Of a DNA stretch of 64,000 nucleotides, positions 1 to 13,036 are shown one piece after another. Within the stretch, counting starts at the first letter, position 1; every line of letters begins with the position of its first letter. The stretch lies in NCBI GenBank assembly GCA_047495785.1, contig JBLDXI010000031.1, positions 1,550,001 through 1,614,000 on the forward strand, in the 5' to 3' direction. Source of the stretch: Lepidodermella squamata. Lineage: Eukaryota; Animalia; Gastrotricha. The notes under the pieces are model-generated. The model was not told the DNA's origin and did no database searches. It was given only the letters and a program-made list of their open reading frames with translations. Made by a program: the position numbers and the translations under genes.

Positions 1-2418
1 TGCTTTTACCTTCCAAATCGGAGCACTCATTCTGAGGTAGTTGTGTCCTAGTGACCCCAGATGAGCCATTGACAATTTGCCGAGTTTCTAGCTGAAATAC
101 AATTAGTTTTGATAACTTGAGCATCGGCATAATTACCTCGAATCATTGTTGCGCTTCGCCAGGTACATCCTCCATTCGGCCGTTTAAGCTAACAAAAAAT
201 TAAAAATAGAATTTCGCAACTAGACATAGCAAATCTCACGATATTTAAGAAATCTCTGGTGAGTGTTAAGGAAAATTCACGGCTTCTGCTTTCTAGCTAG
301 CGAACTTGATGTTTTGAATGGCGACGACAAGTAATAATTAACGATGTGGCTTGCTAGTGTGCGCGCGTGCCCTATTTTATTACCCCTAATAATGCGAACC
401 GCCGACGCAAAAATGCGACCCAAAAGTGCAGCCGTTGCGCATTTCAAATCTCACCAGACGTGTTCAGTTACCAAGGCTCGCCAAACCCATAGTGGCCCTC
501 GAACCCTTGAATGCGTGCCAATCGTTTGAGTTTGAGCACCACTGGCCAAAACAAATGGAGTAAACTTCCCTCAAAGAATTGTGGAAAAAGAATTGATGTA
601 CTCTGCATTTGGCTAAAAAACCTGATCAAAAAATTGCCCGTGGCCTGTTCTACCTATAATAGGTCAGCGCTAATGCAACGACGGCGAATAAATAGGCGAG
701 CACATTCTTATTTGAAAATGAGTAAAATATTTAGTTGAAGAAATGAGGTGAATTTTTCTGAGGGTACAATTGTGTCAGGATAGAAACTTCAGCTATCTCC
801 AGCAAGAAAATGCCGATATGGGACAACATTCTAGATATTTTTATTTAGACCTTAGGATAGACATAGCTTTTAAATTCAGGCCTACGGTGGGGCTAAAAAA
901 CCTGGCGTAGGCCCAGCGGCTTTCATATGGGTTGGGAACGCCAATATTAGCCCAGTTAGCCATTTTTGTTGAAGCTGTGAAAGTTGGGGCTATATTTCAC
1001 ATTTCAGTCATATTACCCGAAATCTGTTATTATACACGCAAGTCTGAGAACGCCGGTCGTATGAATTGCATATCACCTGAGTAGTAAAATTTCACACTGC
1101 TATCAATCATATTGTGTTCATATTGCGATTTCTAGCTGTATTCGTACTGAATTTCAGGCCATAGCATTCATATTAATTTCATATAAATTTGCATTGCAAT
1201 TTTCATACAAATTATTGGCAGTTTTTCCGTTCATATGACAGTAATATGACGCTTACCCTCATTTTTAATATAAATCATGAATCAATATCACAGCCATATG
1301 AATGTCATATGAATTAACCAAAAAAACATATGAACGGCGTTCGTCTGGGATGAATTCTGAGTAGTATTCGAGAACCGGCTGATGAACTATCTTTTGAATG
1401 AAATAAAATGAGTTAGGCAAATAAAATGACACGCGACATGCCGTACCAGAGGGGGCCTCGTTTTCCCAGATGCGTCAAAAAGGATGACTACGGACTAACA
1501 AATATACTACAACAATCGACTTTTTATTGTTTCTGTCTGTTCTGGATAAGGGACGAGGAACCTTTTCATACGATACATGATTTCATTTGAGCACAAACAA
1601 GCAAGAAAATCGCATCAACTGCAATTGATTTTCCCTCTATCAGCTCCCCAGGTTTCCGCTCGCCAAACTTCAATGGGACGTGTTACGTTGGCTCATAAAT
1701 TCAAAAGCAGGAAGTGCTGACCCAAACTGAGAGATACGCCGTAAGCCGTAAGTGCTGATATTTACTTACTCGAACAAAAAATGGGATCCATTCATATGCT
1801 ATGCTGTATGAAATTGCAGAATACTGATCATCTAAAAGAATGAGCTGTTCAAGCGCAAATAAAAGTCCTCCGTATGATTTTTGTGAAAGCATTATCAATA
1901 CTACATAGCCTGATATAATATTCAGATTTACCCAAATTAGGCCGAGAGGTGAAAAGTTATATGTCGCGGTAATTAAATGACGCAGAGTATGAATTCTTAT
2001 TACACAGGCTTGTTTTTCTTAGTAATAAGGACAGACATCACATCATCATTACTTCTGCTATCAAATGTTTGCCAGCATCGATCGCAAATCAAATTCAACG
2101 GCCAATTACGAGTAAATATTCGTTATAGCCGAGCGCTGATGATGCGGAAATAATTATCGGTTATTTTCTCCAGAATCACTTTTGACAATTCTATTCGTTA
2201 GGATTGGTAATTAACTCAAGCTGAGAGGGCGCTGCTTTTTTACACTCGATTTCGTCTGCTCGCGTGTTGTTTTCGCCAAGTACTTCCGCCGATTCCCAGG
2301 CGAGCCTGCCTCGCCACATTATAAGAGCGTAATCGATCTCAAAAGCGCGGTGCGAAGCAATCTAACAAAGCCGCAGTCACGTCACATCAACCTCAGAAAA
2401 AACCGCAAAAGCGCAGTC

Positions 2419-4527
2419 ATGGTCGTCCTTATCGAAGCCATAGTTGTCTATCTGAACAACCGCAGCATCTTCTACGCCGGCGAATCGCTGACCGGAAATT
2501 GCCGCATCGTCTGCTCAGCAGCGACACGCATCGCTTCACTTCGCGTAACCCTTCACGGCCACGCTAAAGTTGCTTGGAATGAAATTCAGGTGACAAAGGG
2601 TGAAACAACGACCTTGCCTCGATCTGCTCAACAGCCAGTTATTAGAAAGGACAGCGATCTGTTAATACCGGACGGCCGGTTAGAGGCTGGGTCGCACGAT
2701 CTGAAGTTTGAGGTGAAGCTGCCGGAAAATCTGGTCAGTTCGTTTGAAGCAACGCATGGCTACGTCAGATATTGGATTGAAGTGTCGGTCCCTGAACAAT
2801 TGCCCTCAGATGACAAGCGGCCGGTACCTAAGCTTAAATCTAGAATCGGTCTAAGGATTTTGCAGGCGATTGATACTAACCAGCCTCAGTACGCGGTATG
2901 AAAGTTTTTTTTAATTTGATTGATGACTTTATGTGTTTCGCTCTAGTTTTCTGTTAGCGGATCAGATGCTGCGTCTGTTTGCTGCTTGTGGTGTAAACAA
3001 CAGCCATATGCGGTGGAAGCGACGACGGACCGAGCAGCTTATTGCCCAAGTAAGATTACGACACGACCACCAATAATACTCTGGCCGGAAATAGGCCACT
3101 CGTGTATCAATTTTGAACCAAAACTGAATTGATTTGAATTTAACGACGTTCGGCTCGAATTAAATATCAAAGCAATTATCAACGCTATGGGGAAAGTAGT
3201 TAATTAGTTATTATAACCCAGCCATAACTGAAATTCCTGGAATAAAATTCGGCGAATACTGGAAGTGACTCGTGTCATTTAACGGAATCTTTTAATATCA
3301 AATCAGGCCAAAATTCGTAAACTTCAATTTCAAGCAAACTATTTTTTGAGTAACTGGGGAAGGCATTAGCAATCATATTCAGTCCAAAGACGATAAGAAT
3401 CTCAATTGCACAACATGCTGGGTTCATATTATGTCCTATTAGAAAAAAATAAACTCCCCATCGACCCCAATAACAAAACTAGTTTAGCTGGAATTTCGCT
3501 GAAGTTTGGGAATTTTAACGCTGAAAGTTACAGCTCAATCAACAATTAACAGGAAACACCCACTTTCACCCGCCAGACACTTACGGAAATAAAGGGTAAA
3601 AAATTCGCCGCACTCCAGGCTCCAATGGGTGATGTTATGTGAATTTTAATTCGCAGATTGCAAGTTTACTAGGCTAAAAATTGCGCTGAGTTGGCTTATT
3701 AACTAACGCAGGGATCCGAGGGTTGCCCCGTACTTCCAGGGGTCTCTGATATATTTCTCTTCTCCTATCTGCCACCACTTTGGCACACCCTGGTGGGAAC
3801 ACTTCTCTATTTTCTAACTTCTAACACATTTTATTATGACTTTTCTTTTTATTTAATTCCAGTTGAATTGGCAGTTTTGAATGCTAAATTTCGCAATGAC
3901 TCACGAGACCCAGTGGTGCCCCATGCGAAGCTAACTCAACGAGTTCGGTACAAAGCAGAAGGACAGCTGAAAGAATCAACTCAGACTTGGTCTCTTGCTC
4001 CGGCTGGCAATCTGTCATTTAGCACGGAAGAGCCTGTCCAGCCCGGGAAATCGTTGGAATGGCACCGAGCAGCCTTCTGCATGCCGGCTGTACCTCCAAC
4101 GCTATCCCTTCCTATGCTTCAAGTCAGTTACTATCTCGAGGTCGGGCTCGATTTACCATTGGCATCTGATGCTGATGCTTTTCTTCCGATTGTTGTTGGC
4201 ACAATTCCATTTGTTGGAGAGGTGCCTGTGATTACCAAGCAAATTCAAAGGCTGTCTGTCACAGAGCGAAGGTATTCATACGCGGTTAAAGCCCCGTGGC
4301 AGGGCGTCGGCAGTCATGATACAAATCCCGTTCCATCAGTGGCGCTGCCCATCGGGACTCAACCTGAGAAATTACCACCTTTCCCGCCGTTTTACTTCGA
4401 ATCTATAATGTCTTCACAAAAGTGCAATATTCCGGAGGACGATCACATTCGCAACCGCGCTGGAAGCGCTGAAAGTACAAAGTTGATGCGGAAACATGCT
4501 ACTAAGCTGCAAAACATTGATTTCTGA
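2419..4527 (+). CDS. Alpha-arrestin (arrestin domain-containing protein), copy 1; 3 exons (2419-2895, 2947-3049, 3863-4527)
   Basis: FYAGESLTG, LVSSFEATHGYVRYWIEV, VCCLWCK...DRAAYCP, VPPTL...VSYYL...PIVVGTIP arrestin-N/C motifs; GT-AG introns keep the frame; PPFY (PPxY) in the tail. Confidence 0.9.
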
Positions 4528-4613
4528 GATTTGAACTGAAAAATTGCTGTTTGAAATACATGAACATATAAACAACTTCTCATTGTATTATTCCGTCTGT
4601 TTGGAAAGCGAAT

Positions 4614-5681
4614 TTATTTCTTCCGTAGAACAACAAATGCGTTTCCCCACGTGTTAGCGATCAGTTCTGGGTTAGGATTCTCTCTAGCCAGCACATTTCT
4701 GTAGGAATTCCACAGCCGAGAGCATAGAACGCCCTTCTCACCATCAGTCCTCTTGTGAGACAGCGCTGCCAGAAAAGCCGGCTCGCAAACAGGTGGGACA
4801 ATTGTTGCCATATCCCCGACAAATCGATCGAAATCTCCATGCGACTTGAACGCCTCATAAAACACGTTATTTCGTGGTTCGCAATTTTCAGCAGCGATAA
4901 CTTCGAAGCCGATCGGGTCTAGTAAATTAGGATTGGTCACTTCATCCAACGAACGCATCACCATGCGAATGTTGAAGTCCAAAAGTTCTTTTTCCGTAAT
5001 CAAACCTGAGCTTTCAAGATCTTTCGCAGCTTTGTAGAGGCCGTCATAGATTCTGTAAAGAGTCTCGCCACCAGTTACAATGTTTATGACCAAAATCCCT
5101 CCTTGGACTAGTTCGTTACCCCGAGCCGTCAGGAAAGTAACCCAATCTTGCTCAGCTTGTTTCGCCCAAGCGACTTTCTCATCCTCATCGCCGAAATGGG
5201 GCAGCAAGTGATTACGAAGCTTACACGGAACATCAGACGCCCACTGAACTGCAACGTTTGAAAATCCGAGATGAAGGCTTCTATCAGGTATGATTTGTTG
5301 ATAGAACGAGAAACCAGCTGCTAGGCATTGAACCCCTTCATGCTGCTTGATGTAAGATTGATTGTCCTTGCTGATAAAGTTGAAAAGCTCAGTCCAGTTG
5401 TTCTGTGGTAGGTCTTCATGCACTGCCAGAATCGATCTTGTTGCTTCATAGCAGTATTTTGCACGAAGTCCATCGATGATTGCTGAAATAGCTGCTGAAC
5501 TATTTGCCCCAGTGCTACAGCCGAAGTCTGCGATGATCAATGGCAAGTTCAAATCGGCAGAGTGAGCTTCGATTCCGATATTAATGTAAGGCCTTGCGAT
5601 TTCGAGAACTTGCCGCTGGGCGTGGGACAGTTCGTTGTAATCGCCACGCATAGCATGGTTGTAATGCTTTGAATCCGACAT
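4614..5681 (-). CDS. SAM-dependent carboxyl methyltransferase, SABATH/Methyltransf_7-like, intronless
   Basis: 355-aa ORF with IADFGCSTGANS (motif I), HEDLPQNNWTELF, SFYQQIIPDRSLHLGFS..AVQWASDVP, FLTARGNELVQGG. Confidence 0.88.
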   Translation of the reverse strand: MSDSKHYNHAMRGDYNELSHAQRQVLEIARPYINIGIEAHSADLNLPLIIADFGCSTGANSSAAISAIIDGLRAKYCYEATRSILAVHEDLPQNNWTELFNFISKDNQSYIKQHEGVQCLAAGFSFYQQIIPDRSLHLGFSNVAVQWASDVPCKLRNHLLPHFGDEDEKVAWAKQAEQDWVTFLTARGNELVQGGILVINIVTGGETLYRIYDGLYKAAKDLESSGLITEKELLDFNIRMVMRSLDEVTNPNLLDPIGFEVIAAENCEPRNNVFYEAFKSHGDFDRFVGDMATIVPPVCEPAFLAALSHKRTDGEKGVLCSRLWNSYRNVLARENPNPELIANTWGNAFVVLRKK

Positions 5682-6880
5682 TTATCAAATAGTATTAACG
5701 CGGTAAAAATGTGAGTTTTCGGCTCTGGAGTGAAACTGACCAACGCTCATTCCGGTTGAATGATTATCATTGTCACGCATCATTGAACAGACTGATCGAG
5801 TGCAATATATGTAATAGCTGATTTTCGACAGTCGACAGTTTGGGGTTTAGCATTTTCAGGAAAGTTCAGAAATGAACTCTTCAAGCATGTTTTGCGCCAC
5901 TTTCTTAAGGTCGAGGGTAATTTTAAGGAATAAATGGTCAATAAAAACCAGCAAAAACAAGCAGCTTGTTCATCCATAAATTGTAAAACCGTGAAAGGAA
6001 TAAAATATAGAAATAGCTAGAAATTTGAAATCACTACACAATTTCAATATTGGTCATTTTGAGTACTTCGGTTCGGTTTTCGGTTTATTCAGCCGAATTC
6101 TGAGTTGAATTTCTGTGATTCAAGTGAAGTAAAAGCAGGTGGTTCATAGCCTTTATTCATGTTTCCCAATTTTCAGCAGCAACTACGTCATAAATCACAA
6201 CAAATCTGATCCAATAGATGATGTGGATTGGTCAATTCATCCAACGAGTGCATTAACATGCGAAGATGACTAGAAAAATCGTGTGTTTAGGTTTAGTTTT
6301 ATTGTTGACGAATAAATGTGAAGGCAGAAATCCATGTTTGTCTTTTTGTCTAAGTGTTGCCTCATGTTTTTCACCGGAGAACTACTCAGCCTTACACATT
6401 TGATTGGCTGGGCATCCTAATTATTAAAAAGTGACTCCCTGGAGGCTATAATCTAATGCCGACGTGGCATTGACGTCATAAGTCATAACTTAGCTTCGGA
6501 CACGTTTCAAACATATTGAAAATGTGCGATCCTCAACTCTCTCAAATAAAAAGTAGTGCAGATGGAAATCGTCATAATAAGTATAAGTCACGATCAACGT
6601 CCTAAGCGATAGGAAATTTTTCGTATATAATCAGGCTCGGAAATAGCTGCGAACAGCACCGCTGCGTGGAATTTCTACGTAATAAGCCAACTCATTAGTA
6701 AAATTCAAAGGTTCAGAGTACTAAATAATACGTTTTATAATTGTCTCAAGCACTTTCTCTAATACCACGCGCGATTTGTCACGTCGAAGCTAATAACATG
6801 TTGCATATTCGTCCGAACATTATCGAGTTCACATTGCCGAGTTCGAGTTTCGTCATATGTGTCGATGTCAAACAGTTAAA

Positions 6881-9302
6881 ATGATCCTTATACTACTAGC
6901 TTTGCCCTTAATGATAACTGAAGCCTGGTCTAACTATGAAGCTCTCGACGGCTGCCTAAATTGTTTAAACACAACATCACAAAAGAATACAGTCAGAGTC
7001 ATGGTCTCGCTCCACTATGGAGGAAGTACCTTGCCAATCAGCCAGATCGGCTCTAAATCAATCGAATTGGCCGTGGATAGGCTAAGATTAATGCAAAACG
7101 CCCTGCCCAACTATGACATCGAGGTTGAGCTGATCGACGATGAGTGCCTCGATGCTGTAGCAATCACGAAGCTAACCTATAACCTGCGATCAAATGAGAA
7201 AGCGAAAAATCGACTACCTATCGCTTTGCTCCCTCTTTGCCCTATGTTTGGCCAGCAAATTACTGCGGAATTGATGCATCATTTCAATTTCATCGGCATT
7301 GCTTCAAGTCAGCATCATCCTCAACTACATTATGATCGATTCAGTCGATATAGTGGATTTTACGGACTCGGGGAGCAGGGTGACATATTTTTCGACGCAA
7401 TCGCGCGCTTTTTAGCCAGCATGGGCTGGCGGCGAGTTGCTATATTCTCGGAAATCGTTGAGTATTTCAACAAGATCGAGCCCTACTTCATCAAGTTGTT
7501 AGACCGAAGCAACATTTCTGTCGCGTGGATGGGAAAGGTTCGATTCATGACTCAAGACTCGAGCGAGATGGAAGCAGCCTTCCAAGAGATGAAAAGCTAC
7601 GATCCTAGGATTATAATCTCAGATTCTAACACGCCAGTTAGTCTAGCGTGTTGGCTTCATCGCTACAAAATGTTTGGCCCGAACTATGTGATTCTTTACT
7701 TTTACTGGAGCTTGTTCGACCCAGATACAGTTGAGCTACCGACATATTTTCCTTGGTGTACGAGGCAAATGCTAGCTGAAGTTCTGCCGAGCATAATTTT
7801 TCATGGCGATGTAAGTCTTGGTGAGCTGTATGGGGAGAATCGAACTTACGATAGCTCGGGGCTTTCATCTAATGAATTTGACAGAGCTTTGATTGGCAAG
7901 ATCCAGAATGCCCGATCACATTTCGCCTGGGGATATTGGAGAACCATTCCTTACGACGAAATGCTTTTCACCGGTCTGTTTCTGAACGCAACTGAAGCAG
8001 CTTTGAACAAAAACAATCAAACACTGCTCGACTGGACAACGGATAAGGCGAAGTTCCAGCAAAATGGGTCTGAATTCGTTCAGATTATGAAAAACGCCAT
8101 TTATGACGTCGGAATGGTCGGATTCAAGGGAGAGTATCGATTTGATAGAAAAACCAGGGCTAATACACTTGGATTCACACCGATAACTTTCACACAACTT
8201 CAGCGATTCGACAATAGCGACAAGTTGAAACATGTTGTGATTGCATTGTACAAATCAAATGATCCAAAAGGTCCTATGACCGTATTCAAGGATCGCATGA
8301 AGTGGGGAACTGTCGACGGGCTAGTCCCTCACGATACGATCAGGATTATCGATTTACCCATCCCACTTATTTCAAAGAGCCACTTTATACCCCTAGCAAC
8401 TCTTGCTGTTTTCGAAATATCAATTTTTGTTCTTGTTTCCAGCTATTTGTCCTGCAAATGTAAGATCTTGAAAATTCAGCTAGTTCTAATCCTGGGAAAC
8501 GTCATTATGCTCGGCCATGTATTTTTACTACCTATCAGTTTGAGTTACGATACTGTAAACCATTGCTTGAGTTCGACTTTTCTGATCGCATCCGGTTTTT
8601 CTCTCAATCTCCTGAGCCAGACAATACTGATAGAATGGAATGTTTTAAAGGTCTACTCCAAATCCGTTTGGTACATAAATGCGATATGGTTCGTAGCAAG
8701 TTTCTCGACAATTGTCGGGTTTATCTCGAGTAAGCCTCTGATTCTTGCAACGAAATATTTCGGTCTTGAGTTCTCAACCACTGATCCAAGCGTTGCTTCC
8801 CAGCCGCTTCAATTCGTCTGCCGCCTGAATTACGAAAATCCCACGCCTATGGCTTTCGTGGCTTGCTACGGAGCTCTGCAGGCCATTGCCTTGGTGAGAT
8901 TGAGCCATTTTGCGTTCCGCCTAACAGCGGTGAGTTATATTGAATTACATAATTTAATAGTTTCGACTATTTCTGATTCAGAAAAAGGTCAACTCAAATT
9001 TAGCGACAATCATTTATTGTGAACTGCTTATTTTGTTCGCCGGCGCGCTGATAGCTTCGATTGATGTGCAAAATGGCGAATTTTTACAGACAGTTGTAGC
9101 AGGGATTACTCTCTGCTTCAGCGCACTGACGGCTTACAGCGGACTTTCACTGGCGGTAAGTCTTACAGAGCTTATTTTCCCGGCTGATAGGTGAATTCAC
9201 CGATCTTTTCAGCATACGAACACGGCAGCAACGCGAGCCAAGGTAAGGGACAGCGCTATTCCAAGGTCACATTTCAATTTCAATCCGATGGGCGTGAACT
9301 GA
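6881..9302 (+). CDS. Class C GPCR, GABA-B receptor-like (Venus flytrap domain + 7TM); exons 6881-8929, 8982-9155, 9213-9302
   Basis: Signal peptide; LPNYDIEVELIDDEC, MGWRRVAIFSE, DPRIII, MFGPNYVIL, GFKGEYRFD and WGTVDGLVPHD motifs; no cysteine-rich linker; several hydrophobic helices completed by two spliced exons. Confidence 0.8.
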
Positions 9303-9493
9303 AATGCCAAGCTTACATTGCATGTTGCATTCTTATGAATTCTGATTCAAACGCAACCCGTTTTAATTTGAAGCCGAAATATTATAGTAGAACATTACAG
9401 TGGATGTTTATCTAACACAAAAAACGTTGCCAAAAGGAAATGATATGGGGTAAAAATAAAAATGTCTAATAAGACACGGAAATTGAAGCCTCT

Positions 9494-11410
9494 TTAAATT
9501 TTGGGAACTTTTCTGTCCAGATAATATCTGTCATTTTCCCGAGCAGTGACTTTTATTAGCCAGTCATCCATCGCATTTGGCAGCTGGGTTGGTACGTTAA
9601 AATTGCACGCAGTTTCTGATTCGATAGCATTGCCTATAAATCATTCAATGTTAAGAATTAGGCGTATGATGGAGTTTTGTTAGGTTCAATTTCGCCCATC
9701 TTCTGTTCCGTCCTGTTCGACCCAAAGCGATTGTTGGAAGTGAATTCAGAATATCAAGTTTTTTAATTCAAGTTTTGGCGGTGAGCGCGCACATTTTCAC
9801 GAGTTCACTTCTGCTCTCTAATTGGGTCGGACAGAACTGAGATAAGCGCAGAATTGAGCTTTGTTAATTAAAGATTACTTAGAATTCTCTCGAAACCAGC
9901 CAGTCTAATCATCACGGAATGATTGTCGTTGAGACCAGCAGTGAAGACCAAACTATCGAGTGATTCCATGAAAACACCCGCAGTGAACAGAATCGGCCTG
10001 TCTGCGACAGTCACGGTGAGCGGCACGCCCAGCATGGTTTCAAGGTCTATGAATATCGGCGATGTAACCGAGGCGATTCGGTTGAGCTTTGCATTGAGCA
10101 ATGTTATCTGGGCAGCATATTCTACGGAAACAAAATGAATTATTGATCATAATTTTGTGCACGTGAAACAGAAATTAGCCTTAAATGTAGAAATAAGCTC
10201 ACCGTTAGGACCTAAGCGGCGTGAGAAAGTATGTGTCACCGACAGGTAGTAGTCCCCTCGGTAGTGAACGAATGGAGAGCCACCGCGTAGAAACAAAGGG
10301 CCCGTTTCTGTCTCCTCGCTACCGATGACAAAGGAACAATCGACAATTCTTGCTTCGTCATTGCGATGCGGCTTGAAGTCACATTCCATAATGCGCAAGT
10401 TGGGCAGGAACTCGTAGACCAAGCGCAGACGGCCATTGTAAACCCACGGGGACCAATTTTTGGCGAACTGGCCAAGCTTCAGCTTCTGGCCCGTTTTGAT
10501 CGAGTACAATACATTGTCGCCCCATGCCCATAGAAACGGACGCCTAATTTTTAATGGTATTAAACATTAATGATTATAGCTTGATCGAATTAAGTTCTTT
10601 TTGTCGATTTTGCCAAAAGGCTATACAAGGTTTCCCACCCATTCAGATTGAAGAAAATAACGTCTCTCAATTATCCTATCAAACTGTTTGCTTGTATTGT
10701 GTCATTACGAAACCCCAAACTGACCTGAGAAATCGATCAGCGTAGTGATGGGCATTTGTGATTTCCAAAAATACAGTGCCATTGAGCTCGAAAATTCTCG
10801 CATCTTCCGGCCCCGTAATCGCTGGCTCTCGCATCGGAGTTGGAATTCCGACGAAATATCCCGATTTAGGAACAATGTGCATGTGCCTATCAATTTTCAT
10901 CGAATAAATATAGCTGTCCTGAAACCGATTCTGACCGCCGAGACGGTTCGCCACGCGAACAGCACATCGAAGAACGCCTTGATACGGCATGCAAGAGGCC
11001 TGCATAGGAAACGGCCCTTCGCCCGACAGCCATTTTTCGGCAGCTCGAACGTGTTCGGCAAACATGGTTCGCACGTGGCTGTTGACAGTTTGCTTGAAAT
11101 CAAATAGAATCGAGGTGGTAACTTGAGCTGAAGACTCGCTGACGTTGCTGCAAGTTTTACCGTTAACGTATGCGCCGCTCAAGTTGAAGCTGAAATGGCG
11201 ATCACCCTTCACCGCAATTATAAAGTATTTGTTACTACCGCCGTTCGAACCGGTTACTGATTCATTCAACTCGGCCTAATATTGATCGCTTGCATCAACT
11301 GCCACTGGATAATTGCCGTAACGCACCGGTAAAAACAGCAGTGTCCAGCAAACTGAGGCGATGAGGAGTAGCAATAATACTTTTCGAAAGCTTTCGATTA
11401 TTGAGATCAT
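9494..11410 (-). pseudogene. Bmt/GT91-like beta-propeller glycosyltransferase copy A, with in-frame TAG at codon 45; exons 11410-10725, 10543-10203, 10121-9879, 9633-9494
   Basis: Same exon layout and motifs as its paralogues (GPEDAR, KNWSPW, LRGGSPF); TAG at 11276-11278 where copies B and C have a Lys codon. Confidence 0.72.
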
Positions 11411-12200
11411 GGTTAATTTTGAAATATTTTGGGATGAGGACAGGACGAGTAGAGGAGAACGAGAGGGTCTCTGGTATTAAGAAGCAATCTGTTTATTGAC
11501 TCGTTCCAGGCGCTGCATTTTTTCTTGAATCAATAAATCAAGCCCCCCACATTATTATTTTATAGCTGTCGGCTTTTGCACCCAAAAAAACTCAGACGTT
11601 AAACTAGAACCTCTTAATAACAACCACTTGCACGCCATCGAGGGGCGTGTGTAGTAGAACTTATTTCTCGCTTCAAATTGATCGTGGCATTTTCCTACCA
11701 TGAATTATTTCTATCTCATTCCGTTGTCTGTTGTCTATTCTGGTGTCGATAATGGTGCCAAATTGCCGTAAAACATCGCGCATTTGTGACATATTGTTAG
11801 GTCATGAGTCATGAGACAAACGGCTTAATGAAATTATGAAGACCTGGCTTTCTTTTGAGCCCAACTTTCACCTTCCATGATTTGTTACTAAATTTTAACA
11901 CTTTCCAAGCGCATTTGAACCAGGAAACAGCCTGAACCTGAACCTAATGGTGTTTTCCACCGAAACGACACCTCAAAAATAGTTAAAATTCACTGAAAAA
12001 TCGTGGAAGGTCACGCTTGGGCTGAGAAGAAAGCGAACGCTCAGCTGCGTTTGGATTCATCGGCAACATCTTACATTTCACTATTATTCTTCTCCATTTT
12101 CCATTTTATTTGCAAGCTCAAACTATGAAATGCATTTTGGTCGTTGAAGTTATGCGCTGATAATTGCATTTCGTGGTTCCATAGACAACACTGTAACAGA

Positions 12201-12491
12201 TAGGAAACTAACAATCTTTCCATAGTGAATTTATTCGAGCTGTTATTGCAAAAAGGGCGGCACGCGACCACTTTTTATGCCACCTAACGCCCTATCCGCC
12301 CATTATAATTTTAATTAATTTCAAAAATTAAAAAAGCGACAGGTACCTCTTTTGAAAATTCTGATTTTCTGCTCATAAATACTAGAAGCGGCCCTCTATC
12401 TAATGATACCAGGCACACCTAGTGTCGCGTGCCGCCCTTTTTGCAATAACAGCTCGAATAAATTCACTATGGAAAGATCGTTAGTTTCCTA
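12201..12491. mobile_element. MITE with ~70-bp terminal inverted repeats, possible TA TSD
   Basis: 12201-12270 is the near-perfect reverse complement of 12421-12491. Confidence 0.7.
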
Positions 12492-13036
12492 CATAGATAT
12501 AATTCAGTAGATCGCCCACTCGCGTGAAAAAGGGTGTACGCCATGGGCGCCAGATGGTCAGCTGATTCATCAGAGGCTTGGAGGCCAAGTAAACAATATA
12601 TTCGATTCGTTTTTTGTTGGTTCCGATCGAAGTTTAAAAATTTCTCAATTTTTGTTGATGGTTCCAGATAGGTGACATTCTCGCCAATAACTTTCAATAA
12701 GGAGGAATCGACCATTCGGTAAACACGCACCTATTGCATAGAAAACGACCGAGTAACAGCCTCAGGAATTGGAGACAAGTCACGTAGAATCGTAGAATCG
12801 TTATCATGAACTAGAACTAGGAAAACAGAAATGTTTGAAATCATCCTGCGGCCAATGGGGTCGTTACTGTGACTGAAACGCCCTTCTCATCCTCATTGGA
12901 CAACTGATTAAGTTCTCTATCGAGTCTGAAGCCGTCTCGAACATGTTTCTCGGCCAAGTCGATTAGAGAAACGCGCAATAGTTTATATGTCAATTTTTTT
13001 TATATAAAAGTATATTAGGTATGAAATTAGGCCGAC

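Noticed and set aside
1-260. Possible small exons of a minus-strand gene running off the window edge
   Set aside because: Plausible GT-AG introns are present, but the upstream frames hit stops and no product is recognisable
1015-1350. CATATG/ATGAA-rich patch with weak inverted ends
   Set aside because: Probably an old MITE; ends and TSD cannot be defined
3080-3712. Possible TIR element in arrestin 1 intron 2, with a related end near 6675
   Set aside because: Too degenerate to support
4614-5681. Bacterial contamination or chimeric assembly as an explanation for the non-animal-like enzymes
   Set aside because: The glycan genes have spliceosomal introns and are interleaved with arrestins, a GPCR, nuclear tRNAs and eukaryotic transposons; the intronless gene is tightly embedded between spliced genes
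6471-6478. Perfect CRE palindrome TGACGTCA between the methyltransferase and the GPCR
   Set aside because: An 8-mer is expected about once by chance in 64 kb
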